A DNA stretch of 49,530 nucleotides from a virus. Lineage: Duplodnaviria; Caudoviricetes. Under the pieces are notes generated by a model that saw only the letters and a program-made list of their open reading frames with translations, was not told the DNA's origin and did not search any database. Positions within the stretch are counted from its first letter, which is position 1. Each line of letters starts with the position of its first letter. Position numbers and translations under genes: made by a program. This document shows positions 34,783 to 44,200 of the stretch, piece after piece. The stretch is from positions 1 through 49,530 of the IMG/VR virus record IMGVR_UViG_3300015050_000527. One strand, written 5' to 3'.

Positions 34783-35080
34783 GATCGTATGAAGTAAATC
34801 AAAAAGTGTTCTGGACGCGGGTTCGATTCCCGCCAGCTCCACCAAAAGCATATTCTTTGAGGTCTTGATCGTTACCTGCGTAGCAAAAACGGTGACAGAG
34901 TATGCTTTTGATGGGGCTGACCTGGTTTCGACAGGGCAACAAGTAGAGGAATGGACGATCCAGTAGGCGATGACTGTAAATCAAGCAAACCACGTAAATG
35001 CAAACGACGAAAAGTTCGCATTAGCCGCCTAAACTCGGCTTAGGGTTTCGGTGGGTTTCCTCGTAACAGAATAACCCACC
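34783..35080 (+). ncRNA. ssrA: circularly permuted (two-piece) tmRNA, tag ANDEKFALAA
   Basis: GACGCGGGTTCGATTCCCGCCAGCTCCACCA (ends 34844) precedes GGGGCTGACCTGGTTTCGAC (starts 34913); tag ORF 35000-35032. Confidence 0.9.
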
Positions 35081-35101
35081 ACCATCAACTGGAAATATAT
35101 C

Positions 35102-36025
35102 ATGCAAACTTTGCTTATATCGAACAATCACGAAGACTACACAGGCGGTGGTACTTACGTGATGATGATCCTCAATGTTCTAAAAAAATACTACAAAATT
35201 TACACTGACAAGAACGTAGGCTATTACACTGCGCACAATACTCCATGGAGATTGGACGTTGATGAAATCAGTCTAGCTGATTCTTCTCTAGTTCCAGATG
35301 TACATCTCTTAGCTGATTACTGGGGATGGACACATCCGCGCGGTAAGCTCAATGCGCAGATTGTGTACTATCCTCAACCAAAAAAGATTGATGGATGGAA
35401 CAAGTTCTTTGCGCTGAACGAATTTTGTAAAGAAGTTATTGATAGACTGTACTCAACAGACAGTCACATCATAACACCGTACTTTGATGCATCTGAGTTT
35501 CACATAAAAGAAAAAAGAAACACGATCATCAACATCGGACAATACTTCATCGATCCAGATGGACACAGCAAGAATCAACATGCGATAGCTGAATGGTTTA
35601 AGTCTCAGACAGATTTTGAGACCCTTGTCTTTCATGGCAAGATGACAAACCAGAACTACTATCAGCATGTTGTCAATTCAGCTAAAGGTGATCCTAGGAT
35701 CATAGTGAAATGTAATAGAAGTCAAATCGAAATTAGGAATGATCTCGCACAATCAAAATATATGGTTCATGCGATTGGTCTAGGAAGAACAGATCCATCT
35801 CAGACTGAACACTTCGGACTCGTTGCAGTAGAAGCACTTCTGAGTGGATGTTTACCTATTGTGCATAACTCTGGTGGTTGCAAAGACATCCCAGGTGTGT
35901 TATCATATAACAATCTGTCTGAGATAACTTTTCCAAAAGCTGATCCAGAAGCACTCAGAACACTAGGATTAAAGTTCAGTATAGATAATACAGAGAAGCA
36001 ACTGTTAGGAGCAATAAATGGATAA
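35102..36025 (+). CDS. glycosyltransferase, GT-B/GT4-like
   Basis: HSKNQH and EHFGLVAVEALLSGCLPIVHNSGG (ExFGx6E) motif. Confidence 0.82.
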   Translation: MQTLLISNNHEDYTGGGTYVMMILNVLKKYYKIYTDKNVGYYTAHNTPWRLDVDEISLADSSLVPDVHLLADYWGWTHPRGKLNAQIVYYPQPKKIDGWNKFFALNEFCKEVIDRLYSTDSHIITPYFDASEFHIKEKRNTIINIGQYFIDPDGHSKNQHAIAEWFKSQTDFETLVFHGKMTNQNYYQHVVNSAKGDPRIIVKCNRSQIEIRNDLAQSKYMVHAIGLGRTDPSQTEHFGLVAVEALLSGCLPIVHNSGGCKDIPGVLSYNNLSEITFPKADPEALRTLGLKFSIDNTEKQLLGAING

Positions 36026-36476
36026 ACTGAACTTAGGGTGCGGAGACGATTATCGGCAAGGATACGTTAATGTAGACATCGGACTATGCAAAAAAGATGT
36101 AGAGCATGATCTAGAGAATTTGCCATATCCATTCGCAGACAACACATTTTCTGAAATTGTTATGCAGCATTGCATTGAACATATTTCTAGAGAAAACTTT
36201 CCTCTGTTGGTGCAAGAACTTCATCGCATTTCAAAACCGAGTGCAGTGATTCATATTTCTGCACCATACTATCTCAGTAGAAATGCGTACACTGATTTTA
36301 CGCATAAGAACTTCATGACTGAAGAAAGTTTTGCGTACTTTGATCCAAATCATCCTCTGAGAAAGTTGGGAAAGATTTATGGATTCAATTGCGAATTTAA
36401 TGTTACCGCAACATTAGATAAAGATAGGCATCATCCAGAGGTGAACGTCCACTACGTGCTGAAAGTTATAAAATGA
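36018..36476 (+). CDS. class I SAM-dependent methyltransferase
   Basis: LNLGCG, YVNVD, PFADN and HCIEHI motifs. Confidence 0.85.
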   Translation: MDKLNLGCGDDYRQGYVNVDIGLCKKDVEHDLENLPYPFADNTFSEIVMQHCIEHISRENFPLLVQELHRISKPSAVIHISAPYYLSRNAYTDFTHKNFMTEESFAYFDPNHPLRKLGKIYGFNCEFNVTATLDKDRHHPEVNVHYVLKVIK

Positions 36477-37444
36477 AAAAAGTCGCATTTGTAACTGGCG
36501 TAACAGGGCAAGATGGTCCTTATCTTGCAAAATTACTTATCGAGAAAGACTATAAGGTCTATGGGCTCGTCAAGAGGTATTCGAATCCTAATCTAGACAA
36601 TCTGAAATTTCTCGGCATTGAAAATGATCTTGAGTTGATCACAGGAGATATCACTGACGAAAACTCAATGAATCATATCATTAAAGGCATAAAGCCCAAT
36701 GAGTTGTACAATCTAGCTGCGCAGAGTTTCGTCGGTGTTAGTTGGGATCTGAACAAGCTAACGACTGAAGTCAATGCAATGGGTCCTCTGAACATTCTGA
36801 ATTCACTGAAGATGCACAGCCCATCGACACGATACTATCAAGCAAGCACTAGCGAGATGTATGGAAACAGCAACGGCGAGATGCAGAGTGAACTGACAAC
36901 GTTTAAGCCTAGAAGTCCATACGGAGTCGCAAAGCTCTACGCATACTGGATCACAGTAAACTTCAGAGAGAGCTACAGTCTTCACGCAAGCAATGGTATT
37001 CTGTTCAATCATGAAAGTCCACTTCGAGGTATCGAGTTCGTGACAAGAAAGATCACAGACGGCGTTGCTAGAGTCAAACTAGGGCTGAAAGACAAGATCG
37101 TTCTTGGCAATCTAGACGCTAAACGAGATTGGGGCTATGCAGGAGACTTCGTTGAAGCGATGTGGCTCATGATGCAACAAGAAAGTCCAGACGATTACGT
37201 GATTGGCACAGGTGAGCAACACTCTATTGGTGAGCTTCTACACATAGCATTCAATCACGTTGGCATCGAAGATTGGAAGAACTACGTAGAGTCTGATCCA
37301 CGATTTAAGCGTCCAGCAGAATTACACAGTCTCTGTGGCGATAGCAGCAAAGCAAGATCAAAACTCGGATGGACTCCAAAAACAAAGTTCGAAGATATGA
37401 TTCGAATGATGATGGACGCAGACATTAAAAGGCACACAAAATGA
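36473..37444 (+). CDS. gmd: GDP-mannose 4,6-dehydratase
   Basis: TGVTGQDG, YNLAAQSFV, QASTSEMYG, SPYGVAK, FNHESP.RG.EFVTRKI and RDWGYA motifs. Confidence 0.95.
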   Translation: MKKVAFVTGVTGQDGPYLAKLLIEKDYKVYGLVKRYSNPNLDNLKFLGIENDLELITGDITDENSMNHIIKGIKPNELYNLAAQSFVGVSWDLNKLTTEVNAMGPLNILNSLKMHSPSTRYYQASTSEMYGNSNGEMQSELTTFKPRSPYGVAKLYAYWITVNFRESYSLHASNGILFNHESPLRGIEFVTRKITDGVARVKLGLKDKIVLGNLDAKRDWGYAGDFVEAMWLMMQQESPDDYVIGTGEQHSIGELLHIAFNHVGIEDWKNYVESDPRFKRPAELHSLCGDSSKARSKLGWTPKTKFEDMIRMMMDADIKRHTK

Positions 37445-38076
37445 AACAATACGAAAATAAAATTCATTCCCAACAGGGCGAAGATGGAATCATACAACAC
37501 ATTTTCAACACTATAGGAGTGACAAACAAAGTGGCAGTTGAAATTGGAGTATCTGCTAATTGGGGAGGCAAAAAAGGAGCAGAATGCAACACACTAAACT
37601 TAGCAAACCAAGGCTGGAAAACATATTGGTTTGATATGATGGATGTGGATGTTCATCCAGAAAATTGTACGTTCACAAAGGGAATGTTGACTCCAGACAA
37701 TGTTCTAGAAGTATTTGATTCTGTTGGTATTCCAAAAGAGCTGGATTTGCTATCAATCGATATCGATGGTAATGACTACCACATAAGAGAGAAGCTAGAG
37801 GAATATAAGCCTAGAGTTTGCATACAAGAGTACAACGGTTCTTATGATGCAAATACAGAATACATAATGCCTCGCGATGACAGCTATATGTGCAATGGAG
37901 ACACTCGTTTCGGAGCAAGTCTATTGTCTATGGTAATGCAAGCCGAAAGGCAAGGATACGATTTAGTGTACTGCGACAGCCGCGGCGTAAACTCTTTTTA
38001 TGTCAGAAAAGACATCAATCCATTTCCTGCACAAACAAGTCAATCGGCATGGATCAAACTATTTTGGGCACCATGA
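37441..38076 (+). CDS. FkbM-related methyltransferase-like protein
   Basis: SQQGEDG, EIG, DLLSIDIDGNDY and EYN...GASL motifs. Confidence 0.75.
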   Translation: MKQYENKIHSQQGEDGIIQHIFNTIGVTNKVAVEIGVSANWGGKKGAECNTLNLANQGWKTYWFDMMDVDVHPENCTFTKGMLTPDNVLEVFDSVGIPKELDLLSIDIDGNDYHIREKLEEYKPRVCIQEYNGSYDANTEYIMPRDDSYMCNGDTRFGASLLSMVMQAERQGYDLVYCDSRGVNSFYVRKDINPFPAQTSQSAWIKLFWAP

Positions 38077-38819
38077 AAGTTAGCACAATCGTTAGCTACT
38101 GTAGTCTAGACAAACGATTCATTAAGCCGTTAGTGAATCAGTTGTTGATGTTCAGCGATGATATCGTTATCGTATGTTTCGATAAACTTCTCAACGGAAC
38201 ACACGAAGACTTAGGCGATCTTGACGAGGTGAGAAAACTGAGCCCTGAGAAGATCAAGACATTATGCTTGCCATTCGTTGCTGGTCAGAAATCAAGACAC
38301 TATCACAATCTCGCACGATGGGAAAGCGTACAGTACACAAAGCACGATAGAATTCTGTTTCTTGACGCAGATGAGATTCCAGAGGGTGCTGTATTCAAAA
38401 ACATTCTAGACTCAAACGCACTAGATGAATTTGATGCAGTAGACTTTATGTGCCATTGGTATTTCAGAAGCGCAACAAATCAAGCAAAGCAGAAAGAACA
38501 ATGTGGACTCTACATCAAACGAGAACTCATCAAAAAAGAACATATGTTCACTGAACATGAACGATGGGCATATCGGCACGTGCGCGGACTGAAATACGTT
38601 CCTATGGCATCAACTCCACAAGGACCTATTCTTCATCACTACAGTTGGACTAGAACAAAAGAAGAGATGTTGACTAAAGTCTCTGCATGGGGTCACATGC
38701 ATGATAAAGATTGGAAGTCATTGATTGAAAAAGAGTTTACTCACGAATTCGACGGAACAGACTTTGTTCACAGATACTCGTATGACAAAGTGCCAGATCG
38801 CTTCAATATCGGAATATAA
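38073..38819 (+). CDS. glycosyltransferase, GT-A/GT2-like
   Basis: ILFLDADE DxD motif; HHYSW...K...WGH. Confidence 0.75.
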   Translation: MKVSTIVSYCSLDKRFIKPLVNQLLMFSDDIVIVCFDKLLNGTHEDLGDLDEVRKLSPEKIKTLCLPFVAGQKSRHYHNLARWESVQYTKHDRILFLDADEIPEGAVFKNILDSNALDEFDAVDFMCHWYFRSATNQAKQKEQCGLYIKRELIKKEHMFTEHERWAYRHVRGLKYVPMASTPQGPILHHYSWTRTKEEMLTKVSAWGHMHDKDWKSLIEKEFTHEFDGTDFVHRYSYDKVPDRFNIGI

Positions 38820-38822
38820 ATA
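38815..38822 (+). promoter_or_regulatory. T4-type late promoter
   Basis: TATAAATA before sleB-like gene. Confidence 0.7.
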
Positions 38823-38849
38823 CTCTTCCATCAACAAAAAGGAGAATGG

Positions 38850-39326
38850 ATGAAGCCCTTAAAAAAGGTTTTGCTATTACTTACTCTTGCTCTTTTTACA
38901 CTCAATATTAGTCCAGCAGTTCCAACAATAGATAGAACAGAGTTATATTGGCTAGCAATGAACATATACCACGAGGCAGGCAATCAATCTATACAAGGAA
39001 AAATTGCAGTGGGTATTGTGACTATCAATAGAAAAAACAATCCGCGATATGCAAATAGTATCGAGGGAGTTGTTAAACAACGAAAACAGTTTTCTTGGTA
39101 CAACAAAAAGAAGATTTCTTCTCCTAAACAAAATGCAGCATGGGAAGAATCTGTGAATGTTGCAAATTACTTATTGACATCATCAGAGACTCCTGCTATA
39201 ATGAACTCTCTGCGGAATGCAACGCATTTTCATGCAACTTATGTAAGGCCTCAATGGAAAAACTCTATGATAAAAGTCGCTCAGATTGGCGACCACATTT
39301 TCTACAAAATGAAAGAGAAGGCATGA
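38850..39326 (+). CDS. cell wall hydrolase, SleB/Hydrolase_2 family
   Basis: LAMNIYHEA, V..NR, QFSW, ATHFHATYV.P.W and IGDHIFY motifs; N-terminal signal. Confidence 0.88.
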   Translation: MKPLKKVLLLLTLALFTLNISPAVPTIDRTELYWLAMNIYHEAGNQSIQGKIAVGIVTINRKNNPRYANSIEGVVKQRKQFSWYNKKKISSPKQNAAWEESVNVANYLLTSSETPAIMNSLRNATHFHATYVRPQWKNSMIKVAQIGDHIFYKMKEKA

Positions 39327-39562
39327 ATGAAACGTTTGGATTGAAGATTCTTACATCGAAAGAGTTTGAAACAAAGATCAAACTCATCATGGAAGAATCT
39401 TCAATGACTATGATCGAGTCAATCATTCACTACTGTGAGATTAACAAGATTGAAGTTGAAACGGCAGCAGCGTTAATCTCACCTCGAATGAAAAGCGAAA
39501 TTGAAAGCGAAGCAATCAATTCTCGTATGATCATCAGCAAGAAAGCGAGACTGCCAATTTGA
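39323..39562 (+). CDS. 33: late transcription coactivator gp33
   Basis: F...I...IIHYCE.N.IEVE....LIS...K..IE.EA...LPI; synteny 33-59-32. Confidence 0.85.
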   Translation: MNETFGLKILTSKEFETKIKLIMEESSMTMIESIIHYCEINKIEVETAAALISPRMKSEIESEAINSRMIISKKARLPI

Positions 39563-39570
39563 GTATCGTA

Positions 39571-40167
39571 ATGGAAGCAATTGACGCATATAAAGTTTAC
39601 ATTGCACTTAAGAATCATTTCACACAATCGTCGTATGACTACTTCAAGTACAACAAAAAAACGAATGTGACATTTGATTCTTTTCAGAGGCGTAAAGATA
39701 AGATTTTTTTCGCTAAACTAGGTAAGAGAAAAGAATCGTATCTTGAAGAGTTCCTTGTTGCAAATTTTCTGAGTGACCCTAGAGTCTGGATCGGTGAACT
39801 ACTCTCAGATGATGCTGAGAATGTATATAAAGAATGGAAGAAGAAACAAGAGTCTATCTCTTATCTGTTCAAGAGTGAGATAGACTTTTTATCCGACTAT
39901 GACACTAAAGATAAACTGGAAGAGTTTTTTGCTGTTCCGAAAGACAACTCTCATCCAAGAATCTTCGTCATGTTGTTAAGAAAAGAAATCAGCACAGAAA
40001 CGTACCTAATCTTAGATTCTATCTTGCAATTCTCAAAGAAGTATGATAGAATGTATGATGATCCACTCTACAAGGAAGTAAGCAATCAATGCAAAAAGTA
40101 CCTGCCATTCTTAAATCTAGATATACCAAAACAGAAGAAACAACTGAAGAGTGTATTAGGAATCTAA
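39571..40167 (+). CDS. 59: helicase loader gp59
   Basis: Y..YIALKNHF...YDYFKY...RKDK.FF.KL...KY.PF; synteny. Confidence 0.88.
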   Translation: MEAIDAYKVYIALKNHFTQSSYDYFKYNKKTNVTFDSFQRRKDKIFFAKLGKRKESYLEEFLVANFLSDPRVWIGELLSDDAENVYKEWKKKQESISYLFKSEIDFLSDYDTKDKLEEFFAVPKDNSHPRIFVMLLRKEISTETYLILDSILQFSKKYDRMYDDPLYKEVSNQCKKYLPFLNLDIPKQKKQLKSVLGI

Positions 40168-40291
40168 AGAGTAAAAATAAACTTTGCGCACTGGTGCTAC
40201 CAAAATGTAGCATACATAGAGATGTACATCATGAATCAAGTGGACAAGTAAAAAATACATCGCAATACACTAAACATACGGAGTAATGAAC

Positions 40292-41206
40292 ATGGCTACA
40301 AATTTTTCTGATCTAAAGCGTTCGCGTAACAAAGACCTTGAGAAGCTCACTGCACAAGTTAGCAAGCTCGGTGGAGAAGGTGAAAAGAAGAGTTACGAAG
40401 ACACGCGATTTTGGCGACCAAAGGTCGACAAAGCTGGTAACGGTTTCGCAACGATCCGTTTCATGCCAGCACCAGGCGGCGAAGACATGCCCTGGGTTCA
40501 AGTATTCTCGCACGGCTTTCAAGGTCCCACTGGTAAGTGGTACATCGAGAATTCTCTGACTACACTCAACAAGAAAGATCCAGTCTCTGAGTACAACACT
40601 CAGTTGTGGAACTCTGGCGTTGATTCTGACAAGGACATTGCACGAAAGCAAAAGCGGAAGCTGCAATACATCTCTAACGTTTACATCGTTAAGGATCCTG
40701 CTAATCCTGAGAATGAAGGTAAAATCTTCTTGTTCAAATTCGGAAAGAAGATTTTCGATAAGCTGAACGACATGATGAACCCTGAGTTCGAGGATGAGAC
40801 TCCGGTGAATCCTTTCGACATGTGGGAAGGTGCAAACTTCAAGCTCAAGATTCGTAAGGTCGAAGGCTATCCTAACTACGATAAGAGCGAGTTTGAATCA
40901 GCAGCGCCTCTGTCTGAAGATGACGAAGAGCTTGAGCGTATTTGGAAGGCTGAGTATCGTCTTCAAGAATTCATCGAAGAGAAGAACTTCAAGTCGTATG
41001 ACGAACTGAAGACTAAGCTATACGATGTTCTTGAGTTAGGTGAAGCTGTTGTATCAGCAAAGCCCGCGGCTCCAATCTCGCGCAAGCCTGAAGTTGCAAA
41101 GCCTGCGCCAGCTCAAGCGAAGAAGACTGTAGAAGATACCAAGTCTTGGAAAGATGAAGATGACTCTGACGATATGAGTTACTTCGAAAAACTTGCTGAA
41201 GAGTAA
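40292..41206 (+). CDS. 32: single-stranded DNA-binding protein gp32
   Basis: DKAGNG.A.IRF, HGFQGP.G.WYIENSL, FGKKIFDK, GANFKLK; acidic tail YFEKLAEE. Confidence 0.95.
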   Translation: MATNFSDLKRSRNKDLEKLTAQVSKLGGEGEKKSYEDTRFWRPKVDKAGNGFATIRFMPAPGGEDMPWVQVFSHGFQGPTGKWYIENSLTTLNKKDPVSEYNTQLWNSGVDSDKDIARKQKRKLQYISNVYIVKDPANPENEGKIFLFKFGKKIFDKLNDMMNPEFEDETPVNPFDMWEGANFKLKIRKVEGYPNYDKSEFESAAPLSEDDEELERIWKAEYRLQEFIEEKNFKSYDELKTKLYDVLELGEAVVSAKPAAPISRKPEVAKPAPAQAKKTVEDTKSWKDEDDSDDMSYFEKLAEE

Positions 41207-41208
41207 GT

Positions 41209-41238
41209 AAAAAAAAGGAGCCCTAGAGCTCCTTTTTT
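41209..41238. terminator. bidirectional intrinsic terminator
   Basis: AAAAAAAAGGAGC-CCTAGA-GCTCCTTTTTT between convergent genes. Confidence 0.85.
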
Positions 41239-41242
41239 GTTT

Positions 41243-44200
41243 CTAGAATGATCTAGGTCTAGTTGATGATCTTGAGAAAGAGTTCATCATAGGATTATCG
41301 CTTCTCACACCGCCTGTACCAGAAGACACAATGTTAGTTTGTGGACTTGAAACATTGTTCACAGTTTGATTTACCATAGAGTTGTTGACAGAAGATACTA
41401 TGTCTCGTTCAGCACTCATCGCTGTGTTCATTGCTTGCTGCATCATATAAGCATCAGATATTGGATTTGGTTCAGGTCTTGCCGAGGTCAAAAGTTTTCT
41501 CGTCTTTGAATCTAATGAAGATGCATTTTGAACTGCTTCAATAATCTTATGGGTCGGAATGATTGATCCCATTGCGTTCGGCATCATGATTTCAGGACCA
41601 ACTTCACCCACGACAATAGGCTTATTGGATCCATATGATCCGCCCGCTGCTCTTGCTGCTACAGTTCCATTAGCAACTAAATTTTTGTACCAAGGCAGAG
41701 TCGTCAAATAATCCACATTCATAAAATTAAATCCAGGACCCATAATAGGAGTTGTAGCTGGCGCAACAGCGACTGGCACAGGTCTATCGTACCAAGCGTC
41801 AACAGAAGAAACAGTTGAGTATCTAGTGGCGCCGCCTGTGCCGAACAGGCCTGTACGCATATCTCTTGTTCTTCCATATTCTATAATGGCTTGATCTAAA
41901 TTCGCCTTTGTAATATCACCCGAAGCGATCATATCATTATAGAAGTTTTCTTTGTCTGTAATAGATCCCGAAGTGTTCAATAATTCAATTGATCCTTGAA
42001 GTGTTCCTGCTGTTAGCGCAGGAACAGCTGGAGTTACAGGAGTTGCCGGAGCAGGTGCGGGTGCTGGAGCGGCCGCTGACGCGGGTGCTGGAGCGGGTGC
42101 TGGAGCGGGTGCTGGAGCGGGTGCAGGTGATGGACCAAAGCCCAACTCACCTGCAGGACCAGGACCAGTGCCAACTGTTCTTGCTGTGTTTACAATATCA
42201 GCAGCATCAGTTTCAGTCAATTTGTTCGCAGCTTCGTATGTCAGTTGCGCAGCAGTCATGAAATCTGAGCCTGCGTCTTTGATTCCTTTTTCTAATACTG
42301 CATATTCTTTAACGTTTTCTTCTGTGCTTGTCAACATCCAGCCATAAGTCTTCTCAAAGTCTTCTACCATCGTTCTGTAGCGCAGACGCTGAGCCTCCAT
42401 GAAAGTCTCTTGATCGACGGCTTGCAACTCCGCAGTAGTACCAAATCCTTGAGTGAACTGAGTTGCACTAATAGTTGTGTCTTTAAGTGCTTCAGTTATT
42501 GCTTCATTCGCATCCCTGATCGCTTGATTTGACTTTTCTTCTTCTGTGTAGAATAGATTTACGTATTCGGTCTGAACACGATTCAGCTCTTGAATTCCGC
42601 CAAATGCAGCAGTGTATGCATCTTTCATATCTGCAACAAATATTTTTGTTGCATTGTCTAACTGACCAGTCAAGCGAGTGAACATAGAATCTATGTTTTT
42701 GCCTGCAATCTCAAGAACAGAGTCCATAGCCAAGTTGAACACTTGATCTATTTGAGTCAATCTGATCAGAGTCTGTTCATATGACTCTAGAACTTCATTG
42801 CCGCTTTGATCTGTAATAATGTTTCGTGCAGCTTCTAAAGATGCGCCGAAAGTGAATCGATACATCTCATCATTAAACTGTTGGAAAACTTCTTCCCATT
42901 TCTTTTGTTGTTGTTCAGGCGTTAACTTCGTCATGTCCAATCTAATGGTCTTGCTGAAGTTGTATGCACTTGAGATGTCTAGTTTTAATCCTTCAGTGAC
43001 AAGTTTAAGATTGTCGTATACACTAGCTATAGCATCATTGACAGCATCGGTTTCTTCGGACGTAAATTGTTTTACATCAGTTCCGCTTTTACTACTTCTA
43101 AACCATCCGCCTTTTTGCTTCCAATCTTGTTCTGTTCTAAGATTAGATGCATCATACTTCAAGTCTCCAACGACTCGACTTGCTTGAACTTTCTTTGGTC
43201 CTCGACCAAATGCTCTGTTGACAAGACCTCCGATGACGCCTGCGATTGGACCCACAAAATAACTTGCGATTGCTGCTATCTCGTTAACTGGAAGACCTGT
43301 CTTATACTCACCGCCAATCATTTTAGATAAGTTGTAGGACATCATAGCTGGTCCAAGAATACCGCCAACTTCACCAAGAGCTTGACCAATTTGCATTGTG
43401 CCTGTTCCTGCTGAACCGAATGCAACACCCGCTCCACTCTGAGCCATGCCTGCGCCAAGTTCAGTCACGAATTGACTTCCCATGTTAGCGCCGAGATTGG
43501 CAATTGTTCCACCCATATTCATCATCATGTTACCGCCCACGTTTTTGAATCCACTCATAAAATCTGTCATCGATGCGCCAGGACCTAATTTGACGCCAAA
43601 AGTATTTCCTAATGATTGAAAGAAGTTAAAGTTTCCTCCCGAGAATAGACTTTTTCCGAAGTCTGCTACTAAACTTCCACCAATTTGACCTGCGAAGCCA
43701 CCGCCGAGCGAACTTGATATTTTTGATGTTATGAAATTGTCTAGAGTTTTCGATGCAAATGAACCGACTCGACCCATTGCAGAAGAACCTATTGAGCCTA
43801 GGGATAAATTTCCCATTCCAAATTTAACAGAAGATGGCGCTGGAGGACCAACAAATCCCCCCGAAGATTCAGTTGCGATATCTGTGTAATAAGTTTCACC
43901 CGTCTCTGAATTAAATGCCGGAAACATTCCTCCTGGAATGGCAGTGCCGCTTGGTTTATTTCCAGATATAGTGTTTACTACATCTTTTGCGATATCGCCA
44001 CCTAGACGTTCGAGGATATTGCCACCACCTGCGCCGCCAATATTAATTCCAATGGAACCCAGCGCGCCTTTAAACATGTCTGCGCCTGATGTAAACACAG
44101 AACTCATTCCATTCAGAAGTTTCTCAAACAATCCAGTTTGAGCAGTCAAAACATTTTGTTGCAACTGAGAATGTGCTTGAATATTCTCAGTGTTGACTGC

